A stretch of 64,000 bases of DNA from Takakia lepidozioides (Eukaryota; Plantae; Bryophyta), in the NCBI GenBank assembly GCA_030704615.1, contig CM060731.1, positions 76,570,001 through 76,634,000 of the forward strand, written 5' to 3'. A model generated the notes under the pieces. That model searched no databases and was not told where the DNA came from. It worked only from the letters and a program-made list of their open reading frames with translations. Below are positions 1-13,526 of this stretch, one piece after another. The stretch's first letter is position 1, and each line of letters starts with the position of its first letter. Both the position numbers and the translations under genes were made by a program.

Positions 1-1020
1 TAGCTCAACTGACCTGTAATTCAGCCATAGGGGTCCAAATTGGCGTTGTAACCACAATTGCAACGTGGAATTGTTCCTTGATTGATTTCCTACTACCTCC
101 AAAAAGAATTTCTAAATTCTAACCAAAATGCAGGCAGAGATTTCAATTCCTACTTAAAATCCCAGCGGCCAAAAAAAAGGCCACGTCATCAAAACTGATG
201 ACATCACAGGGGCTGTTTTGTGTGGTGGGCCCGCTGATACCCGTGGCCTAGACCAGTCCCATCTCTCGCCACGTGGTAAGGTCAACCCTGCTGGAGGGCC
301 CCAAACCACATGATTTTGCGTACCCCCACCATGCACTCCCAAAAATCCTGACGGCTGTACTTTAGGATTTTTGGGTGCCATCAACAAGGGGGCGGGGGGG
401 GGGGGTTGCAGAATTAAATTTCCTACATTTTTCATTCAGGGCTTGATTTCATCCGAGTTCATCCCAACAGTTTTCATCCATTCAAAATTTTCAATCGACC
501 CGATTCAGGTCGACTTGTCCATTAGGGGTTAAAGTTAAAGCTAGTCCATTATGGGACTATTTAACATATATAATAAAAGTAGGTCTAAAAGGCAAGTCTT
601 TAGTGATTGTTTTTAGCCTATCTAGAATTATATAAGAAGCTGGGGTGTAAAGCCATAAATCAGTTGTTCATGGTGTGTGCTTGTATGGTTGGGTGGAGAG
701 CTTCTATACAATCCTCTTTCCTCTTTGTTGGTATATCTACGTTTTTCGACATGGTTTCAGAGCCTAGTTGATAGAAGAGGCTGCAGTTAATTTATGCTAG
801 ATATAGGAGGTCCTACGAGGTGGCAGCGAGGACATGATCAAAGGGAGCTCTTAGCGAAGCAACTTGGTCCACAGCCAGCGATCAATAAAATCCAGCGATC
901 AATAAAATTTGTGAGAAAGTCTGTAAGTTTGCTGACTGTCAAGTATAAAGTCTTAGATAGTGAGAAAAGAAAGCCTAATGACAAATTCCTCATGGAAATG
1001 CATTAAATATAAGAATAGAA

Positions 1021-1771
1021 TATCGGTTCAACGGAACCAATTACCAGTCTTGGAAGTTTAGAATGGAAATGACTCTTCTAGACAAAGACCCATGGGGATT
1101 GATTGATGGGTCATATGTAAGACCTGACGATTGGATTGGCCAAGCTTTATGGGATAGAACATCAAAAGGCTAGGGCTAACGTCATAATGAGCTTGAGAGA
1201 CGATCAAATGAATCTACTCATTGGCACTAAAAATTCCAAAAAAGTTTGGGATAAGCTAGCAGCTATTTTTGAGACGAAGGATATAATGTCACAAGTGATT
1301 GCGACACAAAAGTTCTATGGTCTGAAAATGACCGAGACGGAATCAGTCGAACAACATTTGAGTTTGTTTAGTGTCTTAAGAGACGAGCTGAAATTTGTGG
1401 GAACTGTAATATCTGATGAACGAGCAGTAATAGTGTTGCTAGCAACCTTACCTGAATCCTATGACAGTTTCGCGGTATCCTTAATCGGACAAACCAACTT
1501 AACAACTGAGGTGGTCATAGGTCTCTTCCTCAAGAAGGAGAAACGGAGAAGAGGTCAAGGGGCGTCTACATTGGTAAAGAGGGCTTTGCTCACAAATATT
1601 AAACCTGGAGGATTCCAGAAGAAGAAATTTCCTTCATATCGGACTGCAAAGTCCGGCTCAAAATTTAAGCTGAAGTCAAGGATGAATGTGCTATCATTGC
1701 AAGAAATAAAAGAGTGTAGAATATGCATAACAGAGGAGCGTAAACGCGAGAATGAAGAAGCTACTCATTAG
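1021..1771 (+). pseudogene. copia gag (UBN2-like) remnant
   Basis: RFNGTNYQSWKFRMEMTLLDKDPWGLIDG, then with a frameshift ...KKVWDKLAAIF...LLATLPESYDSF, typical copia gag motifs. Confidence 0.85.
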
Positions 1772-1899
1772 AAATGTCATGTGTTGTTTGTAGTTTCATT
1801 TTCAGTCAATGTACATTAAGTAGACATACATCTATTATATAAGGGCTTACGGAAAAACCCTTTAATGATCATATTAACATTATATATATGTTGAATGTT

Positions 1900-2600
1900 A
1901 AAAAGACATAGAATAATATTTCAAAGAAATTTGAGATGGTGGATTTGAAAGAGATCCAATACTACTTGGGGATATGGTATCCCATATTCGACAAGACCGA
2001 GTGTAAATATCTTGAAGATATTTTGAGACGCTAGGGTAGGGCTGAAAATATGCAGTATCATCCCTATTTGTTCCTGGTTGTAAACTCTTAAAGGAGATGA
2101 GTCCTAAGAGTGTTATAGATGTGGAGACAACTAGAGCTATTACTTATCATAATATTGTGGAAAATCTCATATATGAAATGGTCGTACAATGCCAGATATT
2201 GCATTAGTGGGGGTTGCTGGGTTGCAATAAAGTGGATTTTTCGTTATCTCAAAGTTACACTAGACTATGGTCTATAGATAAGAGAAAGAACTTTGATAAT
2301 GTTCGTTTGGACCAAGTAGCTAGTTCAAAATGGTATCTGATATATTAATGTTCGCAACAACATAGAGATCTATATTGGATATTGTGATGCAGATTGGACT
2401 AGTAATGTTGATAGCCGCCATTCTATATATGGTTATGTATTTATGCTGGCAAATGTTGCAACAAAAAGCAATCTACAATTGCTATTTTATCATTGAGGCT
2501 CAAGATATATGACTGCATCTCAAACCACAATGCAAACAATATGATTATCGTCTTTTCTTTCAAGTATTGGTCACCCACCGAGGCCTATCATATATATGAT
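1900..2600 (+). pseudogene. copia RT / RNase H remnant
   Basis: Fragments such as FEMVDL..YLG and GYCDADWT.NVDSRHS.YGYVF, with many stops and frameshifts. Confidence 0.7.
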
Positions 2601-2764
2601 GACCACTTGGTAAGAATATATTATTGAGGGATTCCATATAAATATTTATATATAATTACAACTAGTCAAGGATATTTTGCTCTCCCGAAAACTTTGGCTT
2701 CGTGCTCTGACTCTCATGCCCACACAGAAACTATTGAGATCATCAAAAGAAGATTGAGGCATCA

Positions 2765-3132
2765 GAGCATGCCCAGCAGGCGCTCTATCTGGCATGCTAT
2801 CTTCAAAATAGCACGGCCGCCGATGTCGGATTCCCTCTGACGCTTCAAAACAGTGACCCTCACTAAGTTTCGTCCCACTCCCGCACTATCTACAGCCCGT
2901 TTGGAGTGTGGCATTCTCCCGCACGCTATCAAGATCAACGCCTCACATGTAATGACAAGTGGCGGGGCAGTTGGCGAAGCGCCCACGGTCACCTGAGCCT
3001 GGCGCCATTACTCTAGTACGGTCTGCTGGGGCTCTCTCGAGCTGACGCGCTATCTACCTTGCGTGCCTCACCAGACGTCTCGCCAACATAATGATGGAGC
3101 GAGAGTTTAGTGAGCCTCTGCTGGGCATGCTC
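2765..3132. mobile_element. Tourist/PIF-Harbinger-like MITE (368 bp)
   Basis: Perfect 15-bp TIRs GAGCATGCCCAGCAG...CTGCTGGGCATGCTC, flanked by a 3-bp TSD TCA (2762-2764 / 3133-3135). Confidence 0.8.
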
Positions 3133-3151
3133 TCAGTTGTCAATTCGGTGT

Positions 3152-4313
3152 GGGGCGTGCTAGATTGCGAGCAGAAATAATTGTGAGCACAAATCTGCTC
3201 ACGATCCCACCGGAGGGTCACTATATGTATTTTTTTCATATCACATGCGTACAAATGTATATTTATACTAGGCTATATTTTTAAAATTTTGCATTTTTTT
3301 CTACCCTATCTTTAGGTAATATTATAAAACTTTTTGTTTTCTAACATTTATTTATTTATTTATTTTGCAACAATTAATTAGACCCTATTTTAAATTGTCA
3401 TTTTAAATAATTGCAAATTCTCAAATTCTCACAATCTTAAAATTCAAAGATTCAAATTCTCACAAGCTCAAATTCTCAAATTCTCAAATTCTCAACAGGG
3501 GCTAGGATTAAGCTTGTGTCAACACAAGCTTGATGCCCCGCCTGTATCCCTGCACGAATAGGGAAGATTCTTAGTTGGGGCTCAGTTTTCCTTTATCGAA
3601 TTTCCATGTGCCAACTGGGGTTGGAATTAAGCTTTATAGGGGGTTTGTACGGCAAACTACGTAGTCTGCAGCGAGATAGTTCAGGTCGAATTTGAGGTGT
3701 TATCGGGATTATCATTGCAGTTCTTGTTAGTGTACCTTCCTCCATGAGATAAATGTTGTTTTGCAATCAATATTATTTCAAGCATCTTATGTCCCATCCT
3801 CATTAACATAGACCTTCTGTGCATACACTTATATACTTCTGGATGGCTTCATGCTGATTAATGGCAACACCTTCTTCAATGACTTCAATTAGTGTTTTCC
3901 AATCACTTATGTCCCACCGTTGTCAACACCGATATTGTGAAGTGTATCCAGCCCACAAGACAAAAATAAACTTGTTGATGGCCTCGCTGTTTAATGGCAA
4001 CACTTTCTTGAATGACATCAGTTTTTTTTCCCGATCGATCTTATTTAGGTCATCCATGGTTCATCCAACATTCATCCACCATTCATCCCTTCCCATTTTT
4101 CATCCATACTTGTTTCATTCATCCAAAAATTTCCCATCGCAAATTGCATGCATGGATCTCGACGTCTTTGGTGCCAGGCAATGTATGTTGCCCTCCATTT
4201 CGCCCAGGTGGCGTCAACAGCAATAGGCCCTGCTTTTTCGTCGGTTATAGGCTAAGGAACTTACTCACGCTTAGTGTGCAAAGCGTGAGCCTGCTCACGC
4301 GCTAGCTTCTCTC
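3152..4313. mobile_element. Non-autonomous Mutator-like element with degenerate TIRs
   Basis: 9-bp TSD ATTCGGTGT (3143-3151) / ATTTGGTGT (4314-4322). Left end GGGGCGTGCTAGATTGCGAGCAG; right end (reverse complement) GAGAGAAGCTAGCGCGTGAGCAG. Internal TCAAATTC and TCATCC microrepeats. Confidence 0.75.
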
Positions 4314-4469
4314 ATTTGGTGTATTCCAGTAACTCGTTGAGTGGGGTATTGGAAATCAACTCTTTACCTAATTACTTCTATTCAGAGTTATTGTAATATG
4401 TCATAATTATCTCGGCTACTTTTGGCATGGACCTTAAGTATTAAATAGGAGAGCGCCCGAAGGATGGCG

Positions 4470-4795
4470 CGGTGACAAACTTCAACAGCTCTTTCATCAA
4501 CAGAAGCTGAGTATATGTCAGCTACACAAGCAGCAACGGAAGTTGTTTGATTACGGAAGCTACTTGGAGATTTGGGGCACCTACGGCCACACCCTACAAC
4601 TCTACATTGTGACAATCAAAGTGCGATTGCATTGAGCCAAAACCCAATATATCATTCGAGAACTAAGCCACATGAGGTTCACTACATTCGGAAGATTGTA
4701 GGCAAAGGAGAAATCGAAATGGTCTACTGTCCTACGGAAGACATGATGGCTGATATTTTGACAAAGACCCTACCAAAGCCAAAACACATCAACTA
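4470..4795 (+). pseudogene. copia RNase H remnant
   Basis: QTSTALSSTEAEYMSATQAA..., TTLHCDNQSAIALSQNPIYHSRTK, YCPTEDMMADILTKTLPKPKH. The frame resumes after the pogo insertion (CSLELG at ~8452). Confidence 0.9.
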
Positions 4796-7700
4796 GGGTA
4801 GAAGACCCTATCACTGCCAAGTTAACATTTTCAAGGTGTAATTATAGAGGTAAATGATGGTTTTTCGAATTTGTTTTTCACACATGGCTAGATTAGGCAA
4901 TGTAGATGTGTCACCAATTTTAAAATTCAAAAATCAACCAAGATTTGAACCCTTTTAATGCATAGAATCACATAGCACTCTTTCAAGGCAACAAATATTA
5001 ATTTTTCCCTATGTTGGTCACCTAAGTGCCTATCTCTGGCCATTATATGCCCTATTATGGTCATGCCAAGCATCCTATTGGTAGCCATACTAAGCCCTAT
5101 TAGAGCCATTGATTTTATGAAATCTAACAGTTGCGAAGGGAACACTTGGAGCCTCCAAGGCCATTGCCTGAATGGATATGGTGTGACATGTGGAGATACT
5201 AAGTAATTGTGAACTTGACACTTGGAGATGAAGAGTCCATGTGAATGTTACACATCAAAGACCCTAATAGTTGTAGGTATGACAGACGAAAGCAGGAGGT
5301 AGTTACAAAACCTAGAATCTCGTGTAAGTAAGAGAAACTCTTCGAATTGCAGCACAGTTGCTCTGAGTCCAAAATGTCGCTTCATCTTCATTAGCTAGCA
5401 CAAACCCACCATAATCTACCACTACAGAAGCGAGCATTGCACATTGCAAGCATTCTTTTGTCTATTTTGTCAATGCCCTCTATGACCAATCTAGCTTTTT
5501 CAGCCAGGATACGAGCTTTCTCCACCTTGACTGCTTCTCTCTCAACTTTTTGCTTTGCCTTTTCTATCGCTCTCTCTTTCTTTAACACTTCTTTCTGCTC
5601 CTTCTCAATATTTCTAGCTTTTTTAGCTTCTTCTCTTTCTATTTTTTTCTTCTCCTTCTCTTCAATCAATCTTCTCTTTCTCTCTTCTTTTTCTCTTCTT
5701 ATCTCACAAAACACAGGACCTATGACTACTTGTGGTTCTGAAAAGCTGAACCCTGGCGCTCTCATACGCAACACAGTCGTAGGATACACGGGTAAACTTA
5801 AAATTTCTGCCAGAGTTTGGTTTTGTTGAACAACCTCTATTTCTCGATTGTATAGAGTGATCGACAACTCTTCGCATCTCGAAAGTTCTTGGTAAGCCGC
5901 AGGTGTTACTCCAGGTGGTGCTATCGCAGGATCTTGAGCCATCATTGGAATTTCTGCTTCTACAACCCCATGATTTTGAACCACCACTTCTACATGCTCT
6001 GCAACTCTTGAAATCTCGAAATGTTTTGGGTAGTCACAGGTGCCACAAATGCTACGGGTTCTATGGGAACACTTGTCATTAGCAGCTCTGGTAGTGACCC
6101 TCTGTGAACTATAGGTATCGTAGGTGTCAAATTAGGACACTCATCCTCAAGTTCACAATCAGACATGTGTACAAGCGTAGCTAATTCTGCTTTGCAGATA
6201 TCTCCAGTAGGTCTCTTAAACATGTAGTGGTCTCTCTCTTTTCTGAAAGCTTTCTTAAATGGAGCAAAACAAGAAACATCTAGGGGCTGCAATTTGTGGC
6301 TGGTATGATAAGACATCATTACAACATTTAGACCCAAAGAAATGGCTCTATCAATGGCTTCACTGCTAATGTGGGATGCATGACCATCTAGGACTAGCAA
6401 GTGACGGTTTGAAGGGGATACACCTCCTGGAACATTTGCTGCAAAGTGCAACAACCATTCTGCAAACAAGCTGGAGGTCATCCATGCTTTCTCTTGGAAT
6501 GTTTGAGCTGCACCAGGTTCACAATTCTCCAGGTGATTTCCTGAATGTCTCTTTCCTTTTGAAATGTAGAAAGTTGGAATAGCAAAACTGGCAGCATTCA
6601 CACAACACATTACAGTGAGCCACTCTCACTTTTCAGGTATGACACCACATACTGAACGAGAGCCTCGTAGTGCAATCACTTGTCCTTTCGCATTGTGACC
6701 AGCCATGACCCCTGACTCATCAGCATTCCAAATGTGAGTTGGAGCATACTTGTTTGACATCCATCAATGAGCCCAAAAGTCCATAAAACTTACCAACTAG
6801 TGGAGGGCACAAATTTGAGCTCTTTTCTTTTCCAAACCTTGAACTTCTCTTACTGACAGTTGAGGATGACGTCACTGAAACCAATACCACCACTTTTTGC
6901 CGGGCATCCCATCTTTGAAGCATGTTTGTCGCCCTTTAGTGATATCTTGAACCTTAATCTTCAACATGTACATGGAGACTGAACATCCCAAAGTCTGCAT
7001 ATTCAAACACCACTCAACAAGAGCCTTTTCCTCTTCAATGGTGAGTTGGGTAGGTGGACCAGACCTTCTTTGCTTGCATTTTTCATTCTACAACCAATTT
7101 CTGATTGACCCACGTGGAATCCCATACTTCCGAGAAGCAGTTGAAAGACTAATCCAACCTCATTTCACTTCACATATCGCTACTTCCATTTGTTCAATTG
7201 TCCATGACTTTGTTTTGTTTTGTTTGACCTTGTGATGCTTCTGGATTATAGGTTCAGCCACCAGTACTTGACAACTTTGTCCTCCATTTCCAGATCTTTT
7301 TCTCTTGGGACATGAAACCTGCACAGGAAGATATGAAGGAAGTTGGTTATCTTGTGATGCTTGGACTCTATGCCTCTGTGACATGCGAAGAGCCATGATG
7401 GCTGAAGAGATATACCTGCAGAAAAATAAGAATTAAGTACTAAAGTAGAGTAATGGATTGATTAATTGTTCAGTTTGCCTTCTTTTTGTAGGATTTTTTT
7501 TATTTGCCTCAAGCCAAAAGCTCGGTAGGAGACTGTGATACTACTAACTTTTGCTAGCTCATTGTGATTGTAATAGCAGTACCTGTGAGACTCTTTAGTC
7601 AAAATACTCAACTTGTAGAATGTAAACAAAAAATCTGCGTGGAGTGGTTTGCTTATACCCTCACTAGAAATACCATGTGGCATGTCATTTGTATACTCCA

Positions 7701-8448
7701 CACTCTCCCATTTTTCATGGAACTTAGATGCTAGATTTGCTACTACAATCTTGATAATGAGATCTAAATCATTGCTAGAATGAAGCATGCATAATATTCT
7801 ACAGACATGAAACTCTTCCAATATAGAAATTACCATAAGCAAGATTAAAGAACAGCTTATCAATGCCAAAAAACTAGGCCAAGACTCAATTCCTCTAGAA
7901 ACAAAAGACAAGTTAGGTTGGTGTCTCAAGGAAGAGAGAGATAAGGGAGGGAATGAAGAAGATGTGAAAACTACTCAACCTACCCAAAGAGATGAAGGGA
8001 CCACCATTGAGCGGCAATGTTTCAAGCTCGTGGAGGAGGCAACTATAGAATTTCAAATTTTAGGTTGCATTTATGCATAGTGGCCATCTCAAATGGATTC
8101 CTTTGTATCTTTCAGGTTTAATTAATGTATGATGGTTGTCCTAGTCCTAGGAGATCTTATCTTTATTAGAGATAATTGCAAACCATTGGTTAAGCCAAGA
8201 TTTGCATATGTCTTGGTTAGAATTGGTCTGCTAATATATCATGTAGTGCTTAATTGACGTTAATTTTATAGACACAAGTTGCAGCATCATGGTAACCTTG
8301 ATAGGGGTTATGAGGGTGGCTTTTATGGGTGTACTTGTGGCTATGATAGGGTCTATTCGTTGATCCATAATGGGCCCCAAAATGGTCTAGATAGGGTACT
8401 TTGGCATGACAAATATGGGGTCCGTGGCCATGATAGGGTCTTCTACCC
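4796..8448 (-). mobile_element. pogo/Fot1-like (Tc1-mariner superfamily) DNA transposon, full length
   Basis: 18-bp perfect TIRs GGGTAGAAGACCCTATCA / TGATAGGGTCTTCTACCC flanked by TA on both sides (a CTAG TSD reading is equivalent). Removing the element rejoins the copia RNase H frame. Confidence 0.9.
5391..7396 (-). pseudogene. pogo transposase (HTH_psq + CENP-B HTH + DDE_1), disrupted
   Basis: SWTIEQMEVAICEVK..ASRKYGIPRGS, GMPGKKWWYWF, IWNADESG, LLVLDGHASH, HTSHKLQPLDVSCFAPFK. Several stops and frameshifts. Confidence 0.9.
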
Positions 8449-8525
8449 TAGTGTTCACTTGAACTTGGTGTAATGTCTCCAAAGACTTGAAAGGTTGAGA
8501 TTTCGTGATTATCTCATAGAGAGGG

Positions 8526-8836
8526 TGTTGGAAAACAACTCCATAATCTACAACTTGACTTGTAGATAAAATTAGAGACAGTAAAAGTATCTCTCTATTC
8601 AGAGAGGCTTTTGTCTTAAAGTTAAAGCTAGTCCATTATGGGACTACTTAACATATATAGTGAAAGTAGGTCTAAAAGACAAGTCTTTAGTGATTGCTTT
8701 TAGCCTAGCTAAATAAGAAGCTCAGGGGTGAAGCCATAAATCAGTTGTTCATGTTGTGTACTTCTATGGTTGGGTAGAGAGCTTCTATACAATCTTCTTT
8801 CTTCTTTGTTGTTCTGATATCTACATTTTTTCAACA
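8526..8836 (+). repeat. 3' LTR of the copia element
   Basis: TG...CA ends, preceded by a polypurine tract, and matches 529-751. Confidence 0.85.
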
Positions 8837-10008
8837 AACATTGCGCGCAGAATTAATTCTCCTAAGTGTTGCACGAGCTCTCTTTGCCACGATAGGCAAG
8901 CCAAAAGATGATTGGTTTTTCTGAGTAGGGTGGGGGTCACTATTTTTGGCTTTGGTTGGAAGCAACCACTAGTATTTATGCAAAGACATTGTTTCTACTT
9001 CTGGCTTACGTATGTCGCCCTCTTCATTCGCAACCCGTGGGAAGTCTCGAGTTGAAGAGAGATTCACATGTAGATGATGAGCTGCAGCAATGACATGGTC
9101 TCATGGTTGCTTGGAAAGCCTCGACAACACCGCCTTGAAATATTGAATCAGCACAATTTGAAGCAATATAGCAAAGTTCATGACGCCTCCCGGAAGCGTA
9201 AATTATGGTGTCTCTTGACCCGGAAGGGCTATTGCCTTCTAGCAGGAAGGCGGACACCTTTTGTGACACCCATAAGTGGATTGAACCCACGACCACTTCT
9301 GAGGTGGTATATGCCTATTACCACTAGGCTACAACTTGGTTGTCTGAGTTGATTACTTAAGGTCAATTCACATCTAGGGTTATGTTATCCCGTCAATATG
9401 CCCTACCACGCTCATAGAGCCATATTTTGGACCCTTTACCGATGATCGGTAACCCAACCAACCCAACGTTATCAACACCTTATCTCTGTTCACACATGGA
9501 GTTAAGTTAACCCGATTGATTGACATCAGTAATCACTTAGCTACCTCTGTTCATGAAATCACCTCTGCTATCTGTGTGATATGCGATGTTTCTACGGGAG
9601 TTCTACAGTAGTTGCTCGTTCACTTTATCATTTATACCTCCATTCTACATATACGTCGCTCGTTTTATAATATCGTTAGCATCATGCGGCCATTGAAAAT
9701 CATCCTCCTTGCACAATTTTTTCAGCTTGTAATCCAGACGCAGGGCCTGTTGATCTTTGCACATCAGAATACAGAGTCTGCTTTCAAGTCCCTTGATTTT
9801 ATCGATGAACTACAATCGTATTCTCTCAACGAGGACACAGTCAATAGATAGTGTTCGAAACAATGACAAATGCTATAATTCTGCATAAATACATACATGT
9901 TGTCTTGCGTATATGAATCAATCAAGATCTCGGGGATTAGGTCAAAGCGCAATCTACAACCTGGTACTCGCAATTTTTAATGACACGGTACGATGATAAA
10001 GAGGTGGT

Positions 10009-10889
10009 TTGAGCACTTTCGGGCAGTTGATAGAGAAACTAAAACATAAAATGGAAAAACAAGTTACAAGGTATAGGTGCACAGTTCCAATGAGCATCAG
10101 GATAGCATGTTCACTTTACAAGTTAGCCCATGCGTCCGAATACTTGCAGTGTAGCCAACTCTTTGCAATAGGAAAATCTATCGTGCATCTAGTCCTGCGC
10201 GAATTCGTAGAAGCAGTAAACGAGGTTTTCAAGAACCAGCTCCGCTTGCCTGAGGGAGATAATTTGTCACATGTCCTTGGGACTTATATCGAGGTAGCTC
10301 AAATACATATACAAAAACTGAAAGACCAAGTATATGCGAGGGACTACTATTCTTTCAAATCAAAAGCATATAGTATGCAATTAGAGGCCATTGTTGATCA
10401 TAGAAAGCGATTCATTGATGTTTTCGTGGGGATGCTTGGTTCTATCGATGACGCACGAATCTTGTGGTTGTCTTCTATCTATTGGAAGGCTACTTGGGGA
10501 GATCTGTTTCATGAACGCAATTCGCATGAAAACATTAAACCTTATATAATCGGTGATAAAGGTTATCCACTGCTCCCATGGCTAATGGTGCCTCACAAAC
10601 AAATAGGTGCACGACATTCTATCCTGAGGCAATATACAATAAACAACTCTGCCGTGCACAACTGGTAATCGAGAATGGATTTGGCATCCTTAAGAAAACA
10701 TTTCGGGAGTTAATGATCAAGTCAAACCTCCATGTATATTTTCTTCCAGATGTAGTCGTCACCTACTTTATATTACGTAATATGATTTTGAATGGGAAAG
10801 TCACAGACATCAACAAGTTGATGCTTCAATTGGAAGCTGAGAATGCGCCAGAAGCTAGTCTACATGGTGTGGAAAAGAACAACGAGTAA
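10009..10889 (+). pseudogene. PIF/Harbinger (HARBI1-like, DDE_Tnp_4) transposase, frameshifted
   Basis: FAIGKS.VH..L.EFV.AV, YSMQLEAIVDHRKRFIDVFVGMLGSIDDARIL, YIIGDKGYPLLPWLMVP, VIENGFGILKKTFR. Confidence 0.85.
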
Positions 10890-13526
10890 TGGATACAAGG
10901 CGATTAAGCAAATGAGGATGACGTTGAGCTTGCTTTGCAAGGGGGTGAAATATCAGGGGTGAATCAAAGAATTGCACTTGAACGATATTTATAAGGTAAC
11001 CATAGACCACAAAATTTATTTTGTCAAAGTATTCTTGAACACTTGACATGGTACACTGCATCAAAACTAGAATTGAAATGAGATCCTAATGTGAAATTTG
11101 AAGTATCTTGATTCACTTGAAATCGAAACCCAGCTGATAGGTAGGATGGCCAATACCACGGGCAATACCATATTAGGGGTAAAACATACCTCGCTCCATA
11201 TTACAGTGTATACCATACCTGTCTGGTATTGCAATAGATGAGATTGCTGTTGATACCAATATTGCTCTGATGTGAGCCTCCAAACGGCATAGTAGGTGTA
11301 TGTGTGGAGTTAGGGCAAAGGGAATTCATGGGTATTTATGCATTGATGGCATTTATGGCATCTTTTTTATACTGAATGTGCAATGTGTGTGTGAGCTCAA
11401 TTCTGAATTTGTATGTATGCAATGTGTTGTAATTGTAATCGAGTGTGAAGGTTTTTTTTTTTTCAGGTTATTGAATATTTTCTTTGAATATATTCAATAT
11501 TTCATATATCTACCGTCGCCCATATTCATATTCTTGACACATGAGATGGAAAAAAACAAATATTGATACCCTACTGCTATACATCCAAAAGTTTCCGTTA
11601 TTATACCCCTCCTGTATCATATGTTTGTGATACCAATCCAACAGCGGGAACCCTATGTGTATATATATATATATAAAGAAGGCAGCAGCAAAGCGCCCGT
11701 GAGCTAAGGTTAGAGGCATCAACTTACTTCATCTCGCATCCCAATGGATATTCGTTTGGAAGGTGTATAATTGGGACATCCGGATTACCCAAACCTTCGC
11801 AAGGCCTCAAAAAACTGCGTTACCTGCGCCCCCTTTTTAATAGTTGGATCATTTGGCCACACTGGGGGTGCCATCCAACATGTAGCAAGAGGGCTAATAT
11901 ATATATATATATAGAGTGAGAAAAAGGGTGGAGCCCTCAAAAAGATTATTTGAAATTATGGGAAAGAAAAAAGTGAAACCTTTCGAAGAGCCATAAGACT
12001 GAAGGCCAACAAGAAACAAGAAACAAAGAGACCCCTGAAATCAAGCTCAACTGAAGCAAGAGACCCAATGCCTTGGTTTGTGAGAACTACCAAGTTCTTG
12101 CCCCCAGAGATACCCTTAGCATACCAGGCATGTTGTGGGCATGGGCATTTGACAATCCTGGAGACTCTATTCCTGTTCCTGTTTGGCAAGAACAAGCTCT
12201 ATATACTTCCCACATAATAACAAGCAGCACCTGCAGGCATTGAGGAATGATTCTTGGGTACTCCACAATGAATGGGGTATTACACAACTAAATGGGCATC
12301 ACAGAACAGGTAGAGGGTTCAAAGATGTTTCATTGTCAACATGTCGCTTTGCATATGCATATGCTGAGAGGGTCCAATACAACAGAAACTCAAAATGTGT
12401 AAAGGCAAAGGTCTGTAGATGGCAGCTTCCAACCCTGCTATGTTTGTCTCTCATTGTCATGACACAGTAAAAAAATGTCCACAGCTTTCCTCAACTTGCT
12501 TTTGCTCAACACCAACAACTTCATGATAACCTCACCTTTCTTTTTCCTTTTTCACCTTCGGAGCAGGAGAATGAGTGTGACACAAGAAGATTGACACGTA
12601 CCATGGCCCCACAAAACAGAAGCACAGGTGGTCACTCGATTCCCATGAGTGCTCATAATCGACAATCCTTGTAGACCTGGTCTTGCATATATACAGAGTT
12701 CCACTCGAACACAACAGCAATTGTCCATGGCACAGACATGTCAACTGATTTGGGTTAGTCATCCTGTTTCATACTAGTCTAATCTGAGCATTATGATACA
12801 CTCAGTTGTTTGACCATAGAGCTTGATGCTACGGTGATATCTGCCCTACCGCAAATTTGGAGAGAATCTCCATGCACCGAGATGCCAACTCATTCCTCTC
12901 CTGTCAATGCAACTCAGTGCCCACCAAACATGCAGGAATGCCTTGGATGCAACTGTGAGATGGTAAAACTGTCAGACAGATTCACCCTGCTAGCTGCAAT
13001 ATGAGAACTCTGGTGAAAGGAAGTGGCAGAGACATGCACCTTCACATTGCCCCCTTTCATCTCTTTCACCTGAGTTCTAAGCATACCCTCACATTACAGA
13101 CACCCTCGAGACCTCACCCATGAAGGCTCAAACTGGTTCCAAAAAGAGACACAGAAACCTGACTTGTTACAAGAAGTGGACTACATACAGTGACTGTTAA
13201 CTCCACTTTTGAACGACCTGCCCAGCTGCCAACTTGCTCACGGACCACAACCAAGAGGATAACCCCCCCTTCAAAGTACCTTACAAGAGCTTGCCATGAA
13301 CTCTACAACTTACAGAGCTCAAAGGACCAGCCCCCATGACCAAGAGAATGAGGAGCGTCACTTCTTCTCCAAACCCTAGCCAATATGCGGTTCACTTGTT
13401 TGGGCCCAACATGTTGACCAGTTGGGCCTGAATCAAACCCTAGCCAATGTGTGATTTCTCCAGCGCTTTGATTTTCATATCAAATTCCACGCTGTTCGAA
13501 TTCCAGCCACGCAAAGGTTCTTGACA

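Larger units (their letters stand above)
529..8836 (+). mobile_element. Ty1/copia LTR retrotransposon, degenerate, with nested insertions
   Basis: 529-751 is a close direct copy of ~8617-8836. The 5' LTR ends ...TTCGACA at 751 and is followed by a tRNA-iMet-type PBS (TGGTTTCAGAGC, 752). The 3' LTR is 8526-8836 (TGTTG...CAACA) after purine-rich AGAGAGGG. Gag, RT and RNase H remnants lie between. Two RNase H-like segments (~2400-2600, ~4470-4800) suggest a composite element. Confidence 0.85.

Noticed and set aside
1-520. Further MULE-like fragment (TCATCC microrepeats as in 4030-4130)
   Set aside because: No terminus or TSD within the window; similarity too weak to call.
5437-5829. Antisense shadow ORFs (also 46413-47144, 51088-51653, 61585-62007)
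   Set aside because: They lie opposite real coding frames and have no motifs of their own.
9000-9350. Myb/SANT partner gene of the Harbinger transposase
   Set aside because: The position fits, but I found no convincing Trp-spaced motif or TIRs.
11900-13300. Short ORFs downstream of the BPS1-like gene
   Set aside because: No recognisable domain or consistent exon chain.
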